A stretch of DNA of 64,000 bases. Origin: Euprymna scolopes. Taxonomy: Eukaryota. Below are positions 13,205-26,814 of this stretch, in pieces. Under the pieces are notes generated by a model that did no database searches, had not been told where the DNA came from, and worked only from the letters and a program-made list of their open reading frames with translations. Every line of letters begins with the position of its first letter. The first letter of the stretch is position 1. Made by a program: the position numbers and the translations under genes. The stretch lies in assembly GCA_053919585.1 (NCBI GenBank), contig CM132792.1; one strand, 5' to 3'.

Positions 13205-13830
13205 ATCTATTAATTAAACGCGAAAAAATAACAAATGGGCGCTGAAAATGTACACAGTAAAACAATACGTTTTTTTGTAGCGTTAATTATTTATTTGTAA
13301 CGCATTTAAAAACATATTTTAAGGGTTATTTATTTATGTTGGTAGTGTAGAAGAAAACGTATCAATCTTTTTAAGAATGGTGTATTAAAAAATGGAGAAT
13401 AAATGAAAAAAATAAAGGCGGTGGTTAAATCGCCGTTTTAAATGCTCTTATAGTTGTCAACGTGTTAACTTAGATTTATTTGTAAGAAAACTGCGTTAAA
13501 AAACTTAAACGTAATACGGAAATGAACGATGTAAAGAAATGCAGAAAACATTAACAGTTGTTTATTTAGCTAATTTAAACGGGAAAAAACATTGGGACGC
13601 TGAAAACGTACACAGTAAAGAAATACGTTTTATTGTCGCGTTGATTATTTATTTATAACGAAAATTAAATTGGTAGTAAAGAAGAAAAATTATGAATGTT
13701 TTTAAGAAAGGTGTATTAAAAATGGAGAATAAATTAAAAAAAAAAGGAAGGCGGTGGGAAAATAACCGTTGTAAATTTTTCTTATGATCGTCAATGGGTC
13801 AAAGTTGATTTATTAAAAGAAAATTGCGAC
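13205..13830. repeat. Diverged tandem duplication, ~360-bp period
   Basis: CGCTGAAAA.GTACACAGTAAA and GGTGTATTAAAAATGGAGAATAAAT recur at ~13240/13598 and ~13379/13709. Confidence 0.75.
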
Positions 13831-14486
13831 AGTATAGTTGTAATACAGAATAGTTGCAAAAATCCCCACCCTTCCCATGTTAAATAATAATTTCTAAATA
13901 ATAACGATGATATATCAGTGCGCAGGTCAAATTCTGCAAAAGTAGTGATTTGTGTTTGTTTGTTTACGCATTTATGGGTTTATGTTTATGTACGCATGCG
14001 TAATCGGAAGTTGTAAACATGATGTTTGATTAAAAGGCCCATTACAAGNNNNNNNNNNNNNNNNNNNNNNNNNNNNNNNNNNNNNNNNNNNNNNNNNNNN
14101 NNNNNNNNNNNNNNNNNNNNNNNNNNNNNNNNNNNNNNNNNNNNNNNNNNNNNNNNNNNNNNNNNNNNNNNNNNNNNNNNNNNNNNNNNNNNNNNNNNNN
14201 NNNNNNNNNNNNNNNNNNNNNNNNNNNNNNNNNNNNNNNNNNNNNNNNNNNNNNNNNNNNNNNNNNNNNNNNNNNNNNNNNNNNNNNNNNNNNNNNNNNN
14301 NNNNNNNNNNNNNNNNNNNNNNNNNNNNNNNNNNNNNNNNNNNNNNNNNNNNNNNNNNNNNNNNNNNNNNNNNNNNNNNNNNNNNNNNNNNNNNNNNNNN
14401 NNNNNNNNNNNNNNNNNNNNNNNNNNNNNNNNNNNNNNNNNNNNNNNNCAGCTAATCTACTGGAGAATACCAAAATGTATAATAAC

Positions 14487-14666
14487 TAGGGCTTTGACAA
14501 CAGCATATTCTTTTCATTGTTTTGACTCTCGAGTGTGTATCCGACACAGTTAGATAAGTTAATCAACCTAGAACCGCATCACTCGATATAAAAGCATACA
14601 AGCCATTAACCGATGCACACTCGAGAGTAAAAATAATGAAATGAATATGCTGTTGTCTAAGCCCTG
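14487..14666. mobile_element. hAT-type MITE (180 bp)
   Basis: ~55-bp TIRs (TAGGGCTTTGACAACAGCATATTC.../...GAATATGCTGTTGTCTAAGCCCTG). 8-bp TSD ATAATAAC/ATTATAAC (7/8). Confidence 0.85.
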
Positions 14667-15892
14667 ATTATAACTAAACATGAAAACTCGTTTTAGGACT
14701 GTTAGTGGTCTGAATTGAACTCATCTTGAACGAAGCAATAAATTTTCTATACGTAGAAATAAATTTATTGCGATGAAATTCCAGATCCTATATTTTTCAC
14801 ATCATAAGTCTATTGTCTTGATAAGTATCAATTATGCGATCAATTTTATATGTAGTTTTGCCACGTTTACACTTCTCTTTCGTAAAAGTTAGCTATCACA
14901 TCTCTGCCTCTGTGCCGGTTATTATAAAAAAAAATAATTACGTAAATTTGACTTCAATTAACCTCACCAAATAATCTAATAGAAAACACACACAATCATC
15001 GAATTTTAAATATATATATATTTTTTTATTTAGGATCAAATTCAAACGTATTAAATTAGATTAAAATGTAATATTATTTTGGTGAAAAAACTAAATATTA
15101 TACGACATAAAATATTTCATGTAGTGTACATTCTGTTGCACTTCGTCATCGAAAATTGTATATCTATATCATTAATTTCTAGATGAAAGATAATGTTTTT
15201 AAATTGCAACAAAATGTACATTACATAAAATACATCCAAGATAATTTTTTGATTCAATTTAAATTAAATTTTTATGCCTTACTTTGTAAAATTTATAAAA
15301 GGGCACTTTGAAGATAAATAAATTTCAAATTGAGTCTTGTACCTTTATTTTTAACGCCTATAGTAAAAAAAAATTAATGCTCATCTCCAAAATGAATTCC
15401 GATTAAGAAATAATATATAAAGACATTTAGTTTAAAAATTTTCATGCCTTGGATGAAATGCTTTTCTAACTTGTATCTTATCTTTTTAAGATTATATTTT
15501 AAAACTCTCCTTCTCTTTATTTCAGTTTGTATTTCTCCTCACACCACAACTCATTTTTGCAACCCCTTCTTGTATTATTATAGGTCTTAATATTCTCTCT
15601 GCGTCAGTTTGTATTTCTCCTCACACCACAACTCATTTTTTTCAACTCCCTCTTTGTAATACAGGTCCGAATAATGAGAAAATCTTAATTTTTTTTTAGA
15701 TTAATCTTTTTTAAAACTTCTTTCAGAATAGAAAATCTTCAAAATATAATAAGGAACATATTTCATATAGGTTTCATTAACAAATATTCAGTACATAACG
15801 AGAAAAATAGAGATAAAAATTTCAAAAGTACTGTATAACAGGTTACGGTCAATAGTAGTTCTCGCCAGCGAAAGTCTTTGTTAATGTTATTC

Positions 15893-15940
<48 letters not shown>

Positions 15941-17207
15941 AAACATTTTGTGTCCTGCTCTTTCGCGCGAGGACTAATTTTTGTAAGGAAACTATAAAAC
16001 CAGGGTTTTAAATGATATTCGAACTTCAAACTGTAAATGCAGGAATTAAGCCCTGGTTGAAATACCTGTTATATCTGTCTAATATTACAAGAAAATGTTC
16101 AACACATTGCCAATATTGACACGATATAGCATTGCAAATGATAAATAGATACTTGATCCTGCTTAACCAATTTGTTTTAAATTCTTTTACAATGTTCTCA
16201 GAAAGACAAAAATCAGTTTTGCTTTCATTTTTCTTGAAATATATATTTTCCGGTTTGGTAAAATGGAACATATTTCATTTATGTTTCAAAGTTGCGAAAT
16301 TACTAAACAGAAATTGCAGCATCGCTTTGATTCTGCCCGATTTCAACTGAAAAATGACATCTTCTATATATATAAATCCCAAATGTCTGTGAGTTTGTAT
16401 GTTTGTATGTAACGCTAAAACTTTTGAAACACACAACCAGACTTGATAAATTTGGTATCATATCGAAGCCCCGTGTCCCGGATGACAAATATCGAAATTT
16501 CACGTCAAACGGACGAGGAGAAAGGGGTAAACGTATCAGTTATCTCCAAGGGGGTCCCAAAAAAAACTGTCATTGTAATGCTTTTTATTACGTAATTCTT
16601 GAATGATCCAATGTAATTAATACGTAAAAAAAAAAAGCTTAGTCATGTCACGTGACGTGACGTCAACGTCCACTAATGGCGAACAATTGTTAATAAAAAG
16701 TTCTTTCTCCGATAGTTTTGCATTTTTCTCTTCGTCTCAGTTATATCGTTTTTAAAACTTTATGCCAATGATTCCATCGTGATTACCTGGTTAAAAATAT
16801 TATTTATACAAGAGTTTTAACGAAAAATGTCAGGAAAAAATGTACGAGAATAAAAAAATTCACCTTTCAAAATATTAGACGATAATAAAAAATATCGTAA
16901 TATTTATGTAATGTAAAATACTTAGCCATTTTGTATATTACCACGTGACCTCATACCTCTTAAGCTGGAAGGGGGGGAGGAGTAAAACCAACACCGTCTC
17001 TCTCTCTCACTCTCTCTCTCTCTCTCACTTTCTCTATCACCCTCTTTCTATTTTTCTATTCGTTTAAAAACGCTTAGTCATGTCACGTGACGTGACGTCA
17101 ACGTCCACTAGTGGCGAATCTAATTGCTAACTTCAATATGCACCGGTTTTGTGCTGCTTCGAAAAGGAACAAAATTCAATATACACCGCTTTCTCTTCCC
17201 TCCCTCC

Positions 17208-17238
<31 letters not shown>

Positions 17239-17578
17239 ACACACAGTTTGTCACGTACGTATTTATTATACTTTTATCTCAGTAATTTTTAGTATATTTA
17301 ATAGCATTTTCGGTCGACCTAGACGAGAGTGCCAAAATGGCCGACCAGCACCGAGATATGACATGTATTTAATTTAAGCCGTCGTTTCGTATCTTACAAC
17401 ATCGTATCTTACAACATATACAACAAATACTTTATTGTAACTTTTTCTTTAATAATCTATATTTAATAAATATTTATATAAAATTATCAGAATTGAAAAA
17501 AAAAGCCAAGCTGGCAACCCTGATAGGCACATGAATGTACCTTGGCAACACGGCTCTAGCTGAAATAACAACGGCTGG

Positions 17579-18104
17579 CATTTTTCGAATACATCGGTAA
17601 ACACTGTATGTTTTTCGAGCTGAATAAACATGTTACATTGATTAAAAACACAAAAAATATATCCAGTTGGATAGAAAAGTAGCTTATCTTGCCTTTGATA
17701 ACATTTATTTGTTATATATTTGTCTTTTGACAACTTTTTTGAATCTATGTTTACTATAATACAAACCCAAATATTCTTTCTTTTAAAACAGTAATGAATT
17801 TTCCGAACTCAATATTTTACAATTTTTTAAATTTTAAAATCTATCAAAATTTTTCTATTGATTCAATTTTTACGATATTTTCAGGGTCAATGTGAAATTT
17901 TATGTTCTTTCCAATAAATCGAAAATAATATTTTAGACTACCGTTTTTTTTTTTTAATTCACGAACCCCCCCCCCATGTACATTTTTCGAATACATCGCT
18001 AAACACTGTATGTTTTTCGAGCTGAATAAATATGTTACATTGAATAAAAACACAAAAAATATATCCAGTTGGATAGAAAAGTAGCTTATCTTGCCTTTGA
18101 TAAC
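17579..18104. repeat. ~125-bp near-identical direct repeat (17579-17703 and 17980-18104)
   Basis: CATTTTTCGAATACATCG...CTTGCCTTTGATAACA occurs twice. Confidence 0.9.
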
Positions 18105-18823
18105 AATTCTCAACCTATATACTCAACAAATTTTTTATCTACAGATTTAAAAATTTGTATATAGGGTATTCAGACATATAGAAATATATCTAGCATAACC
18201 TATCTATTANNNNNNNNNNNNNNNNNNNNNNNNNNNNNNNNNNNNNNNNNNNNNNNNNNNNNNNNNNNNNNNNNNNNNNNNNNNNNNNNNNNNNNNNNNN
18301 NNNNNNNNNNNNNNNNNNNNNNNNNNNNNNNNNNNNNNNNNNNATATTCAACAAATTTTTTATCTACATATTAGAAAATTTGGATATAGGGTATTCAGAC
18401 GTATGGAAATATATCTAGCATAATCTATCTATTATATCTATAAAAGTGAGAATGTGTGTGTGAGAGAGAGAGAAAGAGAGAGAGAGAGAACAATTCTCAA
18501 CCTATATATTCAACTAATTTTTTATCTACAGATTTGAAAATGTGTATATTGGGTATTCAGACATATGTAAATATATCTGGCATAATCTATGTATTATATC
18601 TATAAAAGTGTGAATGTGAGTGATGGAAAGAGCAAAAAATTCTCAACCTATATAACCTATAAAAGTGAGAATATGTGTGAGAGAGAGAGAGAGAGAACAA
18701 TTCTCAACCTATATATTCCACACATTTTTGGGCACAGATTTGGAAATTTGTATATAGGGTAGGCAGACATATAGAAATATATCTAGCATAATCTATCTAT
18801 TATATCTATAAAAGTGAGAACTT

Positions 18824-18859
<36 letters not shown>

Positions 18860-19600
18860 ACAATTCTTAACCTACATACTCAACAAATTTTTTACCTACA
18901 GTTTAGAAAATTTGTATATAGGGTATTCAGACATATGGAAATATATCTAGCATAATCTATCTATTATAACTACAAAAGTTAGAATGTGTGTGTGAGAGAG
19001 AGAGAGAACAATTCTAAACCTATATATTCAACAAATTTTTTATCTACAGATTTGAAACTTTGTATATAGGGTATTCAGACATATGGAAATATATCTTGCA
19101 TAATCTATCTATTTTATCTATAAAAGTGAGAATGCGTGTGTGTGAGATAGCGAGAGAGAGAGAGAGAAAAAGAGAGAGATAAAAATTCTCAACCTATACA
19201 TTCAACAAATTTTATATCCACAGATTTGAACATTTGTATATAGGGTGTTCAGACATATAGAAATATATCTAGCATAATCTATCTATTATATGTATAAAAG
19301 TGAGAATGTGTGTGTGTGTGTGAGAGAGAGGACAATTGTCAACCTATGTATACAACAAATTTTTTATCTACAGATTTCGAAATTTGTATATTGGGCATTC
19401 AGACATATTTTAATATATCTGGCATAATCTGTCTATTATATCTATAAAAGTGAGAATGTGTGTGATAGAGAGAGAGAGAACAATTCTCAACCTATATACT
19501 CAACAAATTTTTTATCTACAGATTTGAAAATTTGTATATAGGGTATTCAGACATATGGAAATATATCTAGCATAATCTATTATATCTATAAAAGTGAGAA

Positions 19601-19639
<39 letters not shown>

Positions 19640-19778
19640 ACAATTCTCAACCCATATACTCAACAAATTCTTTATCTACAGATTTTAAAATTTGTATATA
19701 GAGTATTCATACAAATAGAAATATATCTAGGATAATCTTTCTATTATATCTATAAAAGTGAGAATGTGTGTGTGTGTG

Positions 19779-19809
<31 letters not shown>

Positions 19810-20460
19810 ACAGTTCTCAACCTATACATTCAACAAATTTTTATATATAGGGTATTCAGAAATATCGAAATATATCTAGCATAATCTATTATATCTTTAA
19901 AAGTTAGAATGTGTGTGTGTGAGAGATAGAGAGAACAATTATCAACCTATGCACTCTACAAATTTTTTATCTACAAATTAGAAAATTTGTATATAGGGTA
20001 TTCACACATATGGAAATATATCTAGCATAATCTATCTATTATATCTATAAAAGTTAGAATGTGTGTGTGAGGTAGCCAGAGAGAGAGAGAGAGAGAGAGT
20101 AAGAACAATTTTCAACCTATATATTCAACAAATATTTGATCTACAGATTAGAAAATTTGTATATAGGGTATTCAGACATATGGAAATATATCTAGCATAA
20201 TCTATCTATTATATCTCTAAAATTGAGAATGTGTGTGTGAGAGAGAGAGAGAGAACAATTTTCAACCTATATACTCAACAAATTTTTTTATCTACAGATT
20301 TGAAAATTTGTATATAGGGTATTCAGACATATGGAAATATATCTAGAGTAATCTATCTATTATATCTATAAAAGTGAGAATGCGTGTGTGTGTGAGAGAG
20401 AGAGCGACACAGAACAATTCTCAACCTATATATTCAACAAATTTTTTATGTACAGATCTG
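18103..20460. repeat. Minisatellite of ~16 units of ~150 bp, each with a variable (TG)n(AG)n tract
   Basis: Unit: ACAATTCTCAACCTATATA.TCAACAAATTTTTTATCTACAGATTTGAAAATTTGTATATAGGGTATTCAGACATATGGAAATATATCTAGCATAATCTATCTATTATATCTATAAAAGTGAGAA(TG)n(AG)n. One N gap inside. Confidence 0.95.
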
Positions 20461-22200
20461 AAATATCACATTTGTATAGAAGTAGAAATCTTGATACCTA
20501 CTCTGATACCTAATAAAAGAAAGGACACTCTTTAGGGCGGATTTTGATTATAACAAGTCACTAATTAGAAATTATAATAAACATTCTAATAATTTAAGAA
20601 TTTTACCAAAATAAAATTGCATGGTAATCACCCAATTTCTGCCACAAAATTTTGATTGGCAGAACTCATAAACATAAAATATATATTTTCTAATTTCATC
20701 TTTTTTTTTTCTTTTTACATAATCTGGTTTGATGTTTTCCCAAATATTCAAATCACTATATTTTGCTGCTTAATATCAAATACAGCAACTGAGTTATTTT
20801 TATGCATCAAACAATTACATTTTCTCATTCATCCAAACTAATCACTGAACATCAATTTCATATTTTCTTCACTAAAATATTACTGTGCTTGATGTCATCA
20901 AGTGGAGCGGATCATTTTTTTTTCATTTGTTCACACATTTTTCCAATTTATATATATTTTAAAGATTCCTAGCCTATGTCATTGCATACCAATCTGTTTA
21001 TTAAAAGTTAAGGTTCACTGTAAACACATATGTTACACCAAAATAAAAACGCTTCAGATAATGTCTTGATATTCAATTCAGTTTCTCACATGACATCTTA
21101 TGAAGTTAGTAGAAATGTTACAGACTTTTGAATCTCAAACACTTTCAATACTGTGCACTGATATTTTCTTTTTTGCAATATAAGCACATTCATGACTTTT
21201 TTTACAAACGTTAAAAACTTTCACATTGTGTAGCAATATACTGAAACAATTATAAAAATATTTGTTTTTATTTTGAATGATGCAGGGCATCTGAAGAGAG
21301 ATTTTTCTAACAAAATGAAAGTATAATTTTTAGCAATAGGTATCTAGGAAAAGGCCACTACATATGTTATAAGTTCCAAATTTCCACAACCTGGCAAATA
21401 CTGGTACATGCTAGCAAATTTAGATTTGCAATTACAAAATATGATTCTAATTTTTTCCTTTGCTCTTTATTCTAACACTACACTAAGTTTACTGTGTTAT
21501 TTCGCTACAGTTGATATTGTGTAGAACAATAAGAAAATCATAGTGAACAATGCATTCAACAAAATTTCACACACATTTCTAGATACCTATATCTAATAAG
21601 TTCAAAAGAAAGGACACACTTAGGGAGGTATTTTGGTGGTCAAGTCACTAAAAAGAGATTAGCTGGTTTCCCGGCATAGCCCAGGATATAATAAAGATTG
21701 ACTGAAATACATGTTCTAGCTGGTTTCTAGGCGTTGCCAGGGATGTAATATAGACACATTATGTTGTATATTACCTGTTCTCTTCTCCCTAAGGTAAAAC
21801 AATTTCATATACATGCTGTAAATTACCTATGCTAGGGATAAACCATGAACAATATCAGTCCTAGGGTAGATAAAACAAATAATACATAGAGATGAAAGAT
21901 TCCTCTCCCCTAAGAATCAAACATATGTTCAATATCTGCTTTTGTTTTTTCATTGTTTATACGGTCCCGAGCAACGCCGGGTAGCCCTGCTAGTTAAATA
22001 TAAATATGAGACCGTTCATTTTAAAAGTTATTAAATATCTCGAAAAGTGTAAATTAATTTCTATTATAACAGGAAATTTGAATATGGTCTTAAAAACAAT
22101 CATGCCAGTGGACTTTTGGTTCGCTTGCGTACTTTTTAATCATATTTATATATTTGAGGCCTTTATTAAGGTTGCATTCATAATTACTTCCATAATAAAC

Positions 22201-22266
<66 letters not shown>

Positions 22267-22269
<3 letters not shown>

Positions 22270-23769
22270 GCGGCAAAAAGAAAGTCTGCACTTTTAATTT
22301 TTTCAAAAACATCAAAAAATTTAATGTAACTGTTTAAACAAAAAAAAAAAGACCACATTTAAATTACCTTTTATTATTCTATAATTTTACCCGTTCATAT
22401 TTGACATTTAATTGAAATATTCTAGTGTTCGCGTCAATTAAAAAAAAAAAAAACTTCAAATTGGGGAGGCAAAAAGAACGTCCGCACAATGGAAATATGT
22501 TATTTAAATGTAACTTTAGGACATTAACGCAACACAAATACAACAGGAACGCAATGAACTAGTTAATATTTAGTAGCATAGTCCATCTACAAAATGACAG
22601 CCTGCAATTTTGGGGGGAATTTTTAGAATTATAAAAAGCACCCCACTTTTCTGTAATTTTTGCTAAAGTGCTTCCAAATTTGAAATTTTATCATTACGTA
22701 GCTGTTTCTTGATGTAATGCCATTCGTTTTCGATAGGATTGAGATCTGGGGATTGTGCAAACACGGAATATCATGCTCTTCCAGGAATCTCTTGACATAT
22801 TCAGCTGTGTGAATGGGAGCATTATCCTGCATGAAGATGGGATTATCATTCAAATTCCGATAAAAGTAGATTAGAAAATGCTCAGTCAACATATTAATGT
22901 ACTTGGTCGAATGAATTCGACCTTGCAAGCGAACTATAGGCCCTGGACCATCGGTACAAATAATGCCTCACACCAAAACTGAACCACCACCACCTTGCAG
23001 CGTTGAATCTGACCACCTACGATTAAATTCGTCGTCTTTCCTCCGACGGACGTATTGCCTACCATCACTGCCTTGTCTATTTACTTGCTTTCGTCGCTAA
23101 AATCACTTTTGATCAATATGAAGAGTCATGATCTTCATTGCATCTGACGAAAGCCAGACGTCACTTTCGCTTCTTTACAGAAATCATTGGCTTGCGTCTT
23201 GCAACATATCCTTCCAAATGAAATCTGTTCTTGACAGTAGAAAGAGAGCATTTTTTAACAAGATTGCACTGTTGTTGGATGTGGGGAGCCGTTTCAAATC
23301 TGTTTCTTAGGCTGCGAATCTTGATAGCATTGTCTTCCCTGTTAGAAGTAACTCTACTACGATCAGATTTAGGAGCATCACGAATACTGCTGGTGTTTTG
23401 GTGCTTTTGCACAGTCTTTCGTACCGATTTTTCATCACATTTCAATCTGCGGCCGATTTCACGATTGGATAAACCAGAAAGGTGGAGATTAATGAGATCC
23501 TGACGATCAATAAGAGAAAGTCAAGATATATGGACTAAATGTTACGTTTTATAAACTGGAACAACAACAATTACGATTAGAGATGCTTTGTTGCATGTTG
23601 GTGAAAATGTTAAACTAATTTAGGGGCGATAATTTAAGCTGGTTTTAAGCGAATTTGTTGCGATGGACTTTCCTTCTGCCTCCTCAATTTGAAGTTATTT
23701 TTTTTTAATTGACGTGAACACGAGAATATTTCAATTAAAAGTCAAATATGAATAGGTCAAATTATAGAG
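22267..23769 (-). mobile_element. Tc1-like transposon, decayed, long IR/DR-type TIRs
   Basis: (TA)n|CAGGCGGCAAAAAGAAAGTC terminus with inner repeat at ~22465. 23665-23769 is inverted to 22380-22487. Transposase fragments: RSRVTSNRED, ARRKPMIS, FMQDNAPIH. Confidence 0.9.
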
Positions 23770-24464
23770 GCATAAAAGGCGTATATAACTTCCTGGTTGT
23801 TGGATAGTGGAGGAATTACTTTATTCACTCGACTATTAAAATTTTCCAGAATTCACGATGCCCTATCATCTGCGACTGTAACCTTTTTTGATTATTTCGG
23901 TATGCTTTCATATGTCTGTACCTATTTTACGCTTACAATGATTTCTAGCATATATATAGCTTTGCCTATATGTACTTTACTGATGACGTATTAACAGACA
24001 TATTTGTTAAATAACAGCTACACATTTTGAAGCAAATAATTGGTGATAATTGGGCTTGCTATAAAACTTCCATGCTTAATTAGCCGTTTCCACCATTCGA
24101 TTGTCTCCTTCGCACTTATAGTTTGGGAATTTGAATTTTTTTTCTACTTTTACGAGCATTATATATATTTTTTTACCAATAATTTATTATTAATGATATC
24201 ATTATTCTTATTCAAACACTATTGTGTTTGAATATATGGTTAATGGAAGTTTAAGTCATTTAGAACCGCTTTAAAGTTTCACTGCTCACTAATTTTTCGA
24301 CCAAATTTTAAACAATTATTACAGTTTATAGATAAAAATGTGAAAAAATAAGTACATTTTCGCTCAGTTAAACAAAAGTTATGATGAATTTAGTGGTTTT
24401 CAAAATCGTAAAAAACATAAGTAGGTGAACGACGTTTTTATTACTGGCTTCTAGAGCAACCGCG

Positions 24465-24490
24465 TCGCTTCAGCGACTAGTGTTGCTAGT
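24465..24490 (+). mobile_element. Probable Helitron 3' terminus
   Basis: Hairpin GTCGCT-TC-AGCGAC followed 7 nt later by CTAG|T. 5' end not found. Confidence 0.4.
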
Positions 24491-24599
24491 AATTTTCGGT
24501 TGTCGCGAAAAGAGAGGTAAGAAGTGAAACAGAGAGAATGAAACAATGAAATGAAGACAATTGGGGGATTTTATTGAAGCAGATGAGTGCCGTACGTTC

Positions 24600-24730
24600 T
24601 TATTACATGTCTGTATGCTATTACATATGTGTATGTTATTACATATGTGTATGCTATTATATATGTGTATGTTATTATGTATGTGTATGTTATTATATAT
24701 GTGTATGTTATTACATATATGTATGTTATG
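24600..24730. repeat. 18-bp tandem repeat (TATTACATATGTGTATGT)n, ~7 units
   Basis: Directly visible; produces the YYICVC-repeat pseudo-ORFs. Confidence 0.9.
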
Positions 24731-26546
24731 TTTTTAGGGGCAAAAATAAGATTGAAATTAAACAAAGAACAAGTGAATTTATTAGAAATTAGGAAAAATC
24801 ATGTATTACAAAATAAAAATGCAACCATGAAAAATAATATGGTTACGCTTAAACCTGAAAAGTAAAGGACTAGTTGATAGAACTGAAAAAGAAAAAGACA
24901 AGGTATTATAGTAAACAAAATAAAACATTTATAAGTGAAAATATTGCAACATTAAAAAAATTAATTCAATTTAACATTATATAATCTATTCCTAGTGCTG
25001 CAACATTCTAAGTTATAAATTTATTATATTTTTTAAAAGAATATCTTGTCCTTTTTTTATTCCGGTTTTAACAACTAGTCCTGCACTTTTCCATGTTTAG
25101 TCCCAACTATTTCCTATTGTAATTTTATGCATATTNNNNNNNNNNNNNNNNNNNNNNNNNNNNNNNNNNNNNNNNNNNNNNNNNNNNNNNNNNNNNNNNN
25201 NNNNNNNNNNNNNNNNNNNNNNNNNNNNNNNNNNNNNNNNNNNNNNNNNNNNNNNNNNNNNNNNNNNTCCATCTTTTCATTTTCGTCTTTGTTTTTCTCC
25301 TCTACATTAATATATTTTTATTCTCTCTATTTTCTTCGTCTGCTTTCTTTTTCACATGTATTAAATGACGTTTGCTTTTTTATTTTGATTGCAACATGAT
25401 GTGATCGCCTGATAAATTTTGTTCCTGTAAAATATGTATTACTGACTAAACATTTGTATAATCAATATCACCTGAAGATGTCTCTAGTTACTTGTAACTG
25501 GTCGCCCGAAACATACTTATAGATGTATATATAGTAACATATAATTGACTGTATAAAAAAATAACAATTATATCTTTCCCTCATCTCGCATTGAGCACTC
25601 TTGCAAAACTGTATTCGTTACTTCACTTATGAANNNNNNNNNNNNNNNNNNNNNNNNNNNNNNNNNNNNNNNNNNNNNNNNNNNNNNNNNNNNNNNNNNN
25701 NNNNNNNNNNNNNNNNNNNNNNNNNNNNNNNNNNNNNNNNNNNNNNNNNNNNNNNNNNNNNNNNNNNNNNNNNNNNNNNNNNNTCTACCAGTTTGCTTGT
25801 TTTCCTCCGCATCCGCCGCCGACATCTGTTTACTAATCATATTAGAAACAAAGACACATAAATGCATTTCGATTGGAAACGCTTGCGTTCTTTAATTTCA
25901 AAAGGAGCGAATTTTTATCGATCCTCCTAATCTATTGATCTGCAGATGTTGTTTGATCTTGATTAATTTCCTCGTGTTTCCTGCTCGAGTTCCGTTCGTG
26001 CATTTCATCTTAAAAGATGGGGAAGGCGGGTGTAGACGATTAATGAAAGCACAATAATTGAAGAGCCAAACTAAAGTAGAGTGTATCTTCCTTTAATGTC
26101 GACTGCGTATCAATAAAATGTTTCGTCATTTTTAATGTGTATAAAAATGGGCGGTTCTGACGGTACACGCCGAAAAGACTGGTAAAGCATTTGAAACTCC
26201 GAGAATACTAATACTACTTCACTCTTACCCTCTCTTTTTTCTCTTATTCGGTTTGTATCTCTTTCTCAATATTAGTGGTCTAACAAAGTCAAAAGAGAGA
26301 CAAACAAGCAAAGAAAAACTTATCTCAAAGCAGCAAAACTGGAGCCAACCTACCAGGACACAATAAATACAAATGTAGGAAAATTTTGGGCATATATTAT
26401 TTGTTTTAAAATATAGGTTCATTTGTAGCAATTGGCATAACATTTTAACCGTAGAATAGTATTATAATCTTCAAAAAGCCTGCAAATTTTATGTAGTTTC
26501 GCCCCAGATAATCAAAGATATATTTCAATATTCAATTTGGATACGA

Positions 26547-26604
<58 letters not shown>

Positions 26605-26814
26605 CATTTTTTTGCAATTTTAAAAGTCTAAAATACCAGTGTCTATTGATCGAAATTTAACAAATGAAAGCTTGTTAGAAATGTAATAACCAGAATTGTG
26701 TAGTAGTCTATGTTACATTTGACCTTAAGATCGCACATTAAAAAGATCACCCATCCTCCAGAACCCACTTTGGCATTATCACAGTGAAAAACTGTTTCAG
26801 AGAGTTGCAGTATA

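Larger units (their letters stand above)
16360..21993 (+). mobile_element. Large non-autonomous Helitron (or nested Helitrons) with internal repeats
   Basis: 5' A|TCTTCTATATATATAAA...GTTTGTATGT. 3' hairpin CCCGAGCAACGCCGGG then CTAG|T at 21990-21994. That the two ends belong to one element is inferred. Confidence 0.55.

Noticed and set aside
18103-20460. CRISPR-like repeat/spacer appearance
   Set aside because: Units are ~150 bp and the variable parts are (TG)n(AG)n microsatellites, not unique spacers. Eukaryotic context, no cas genes.
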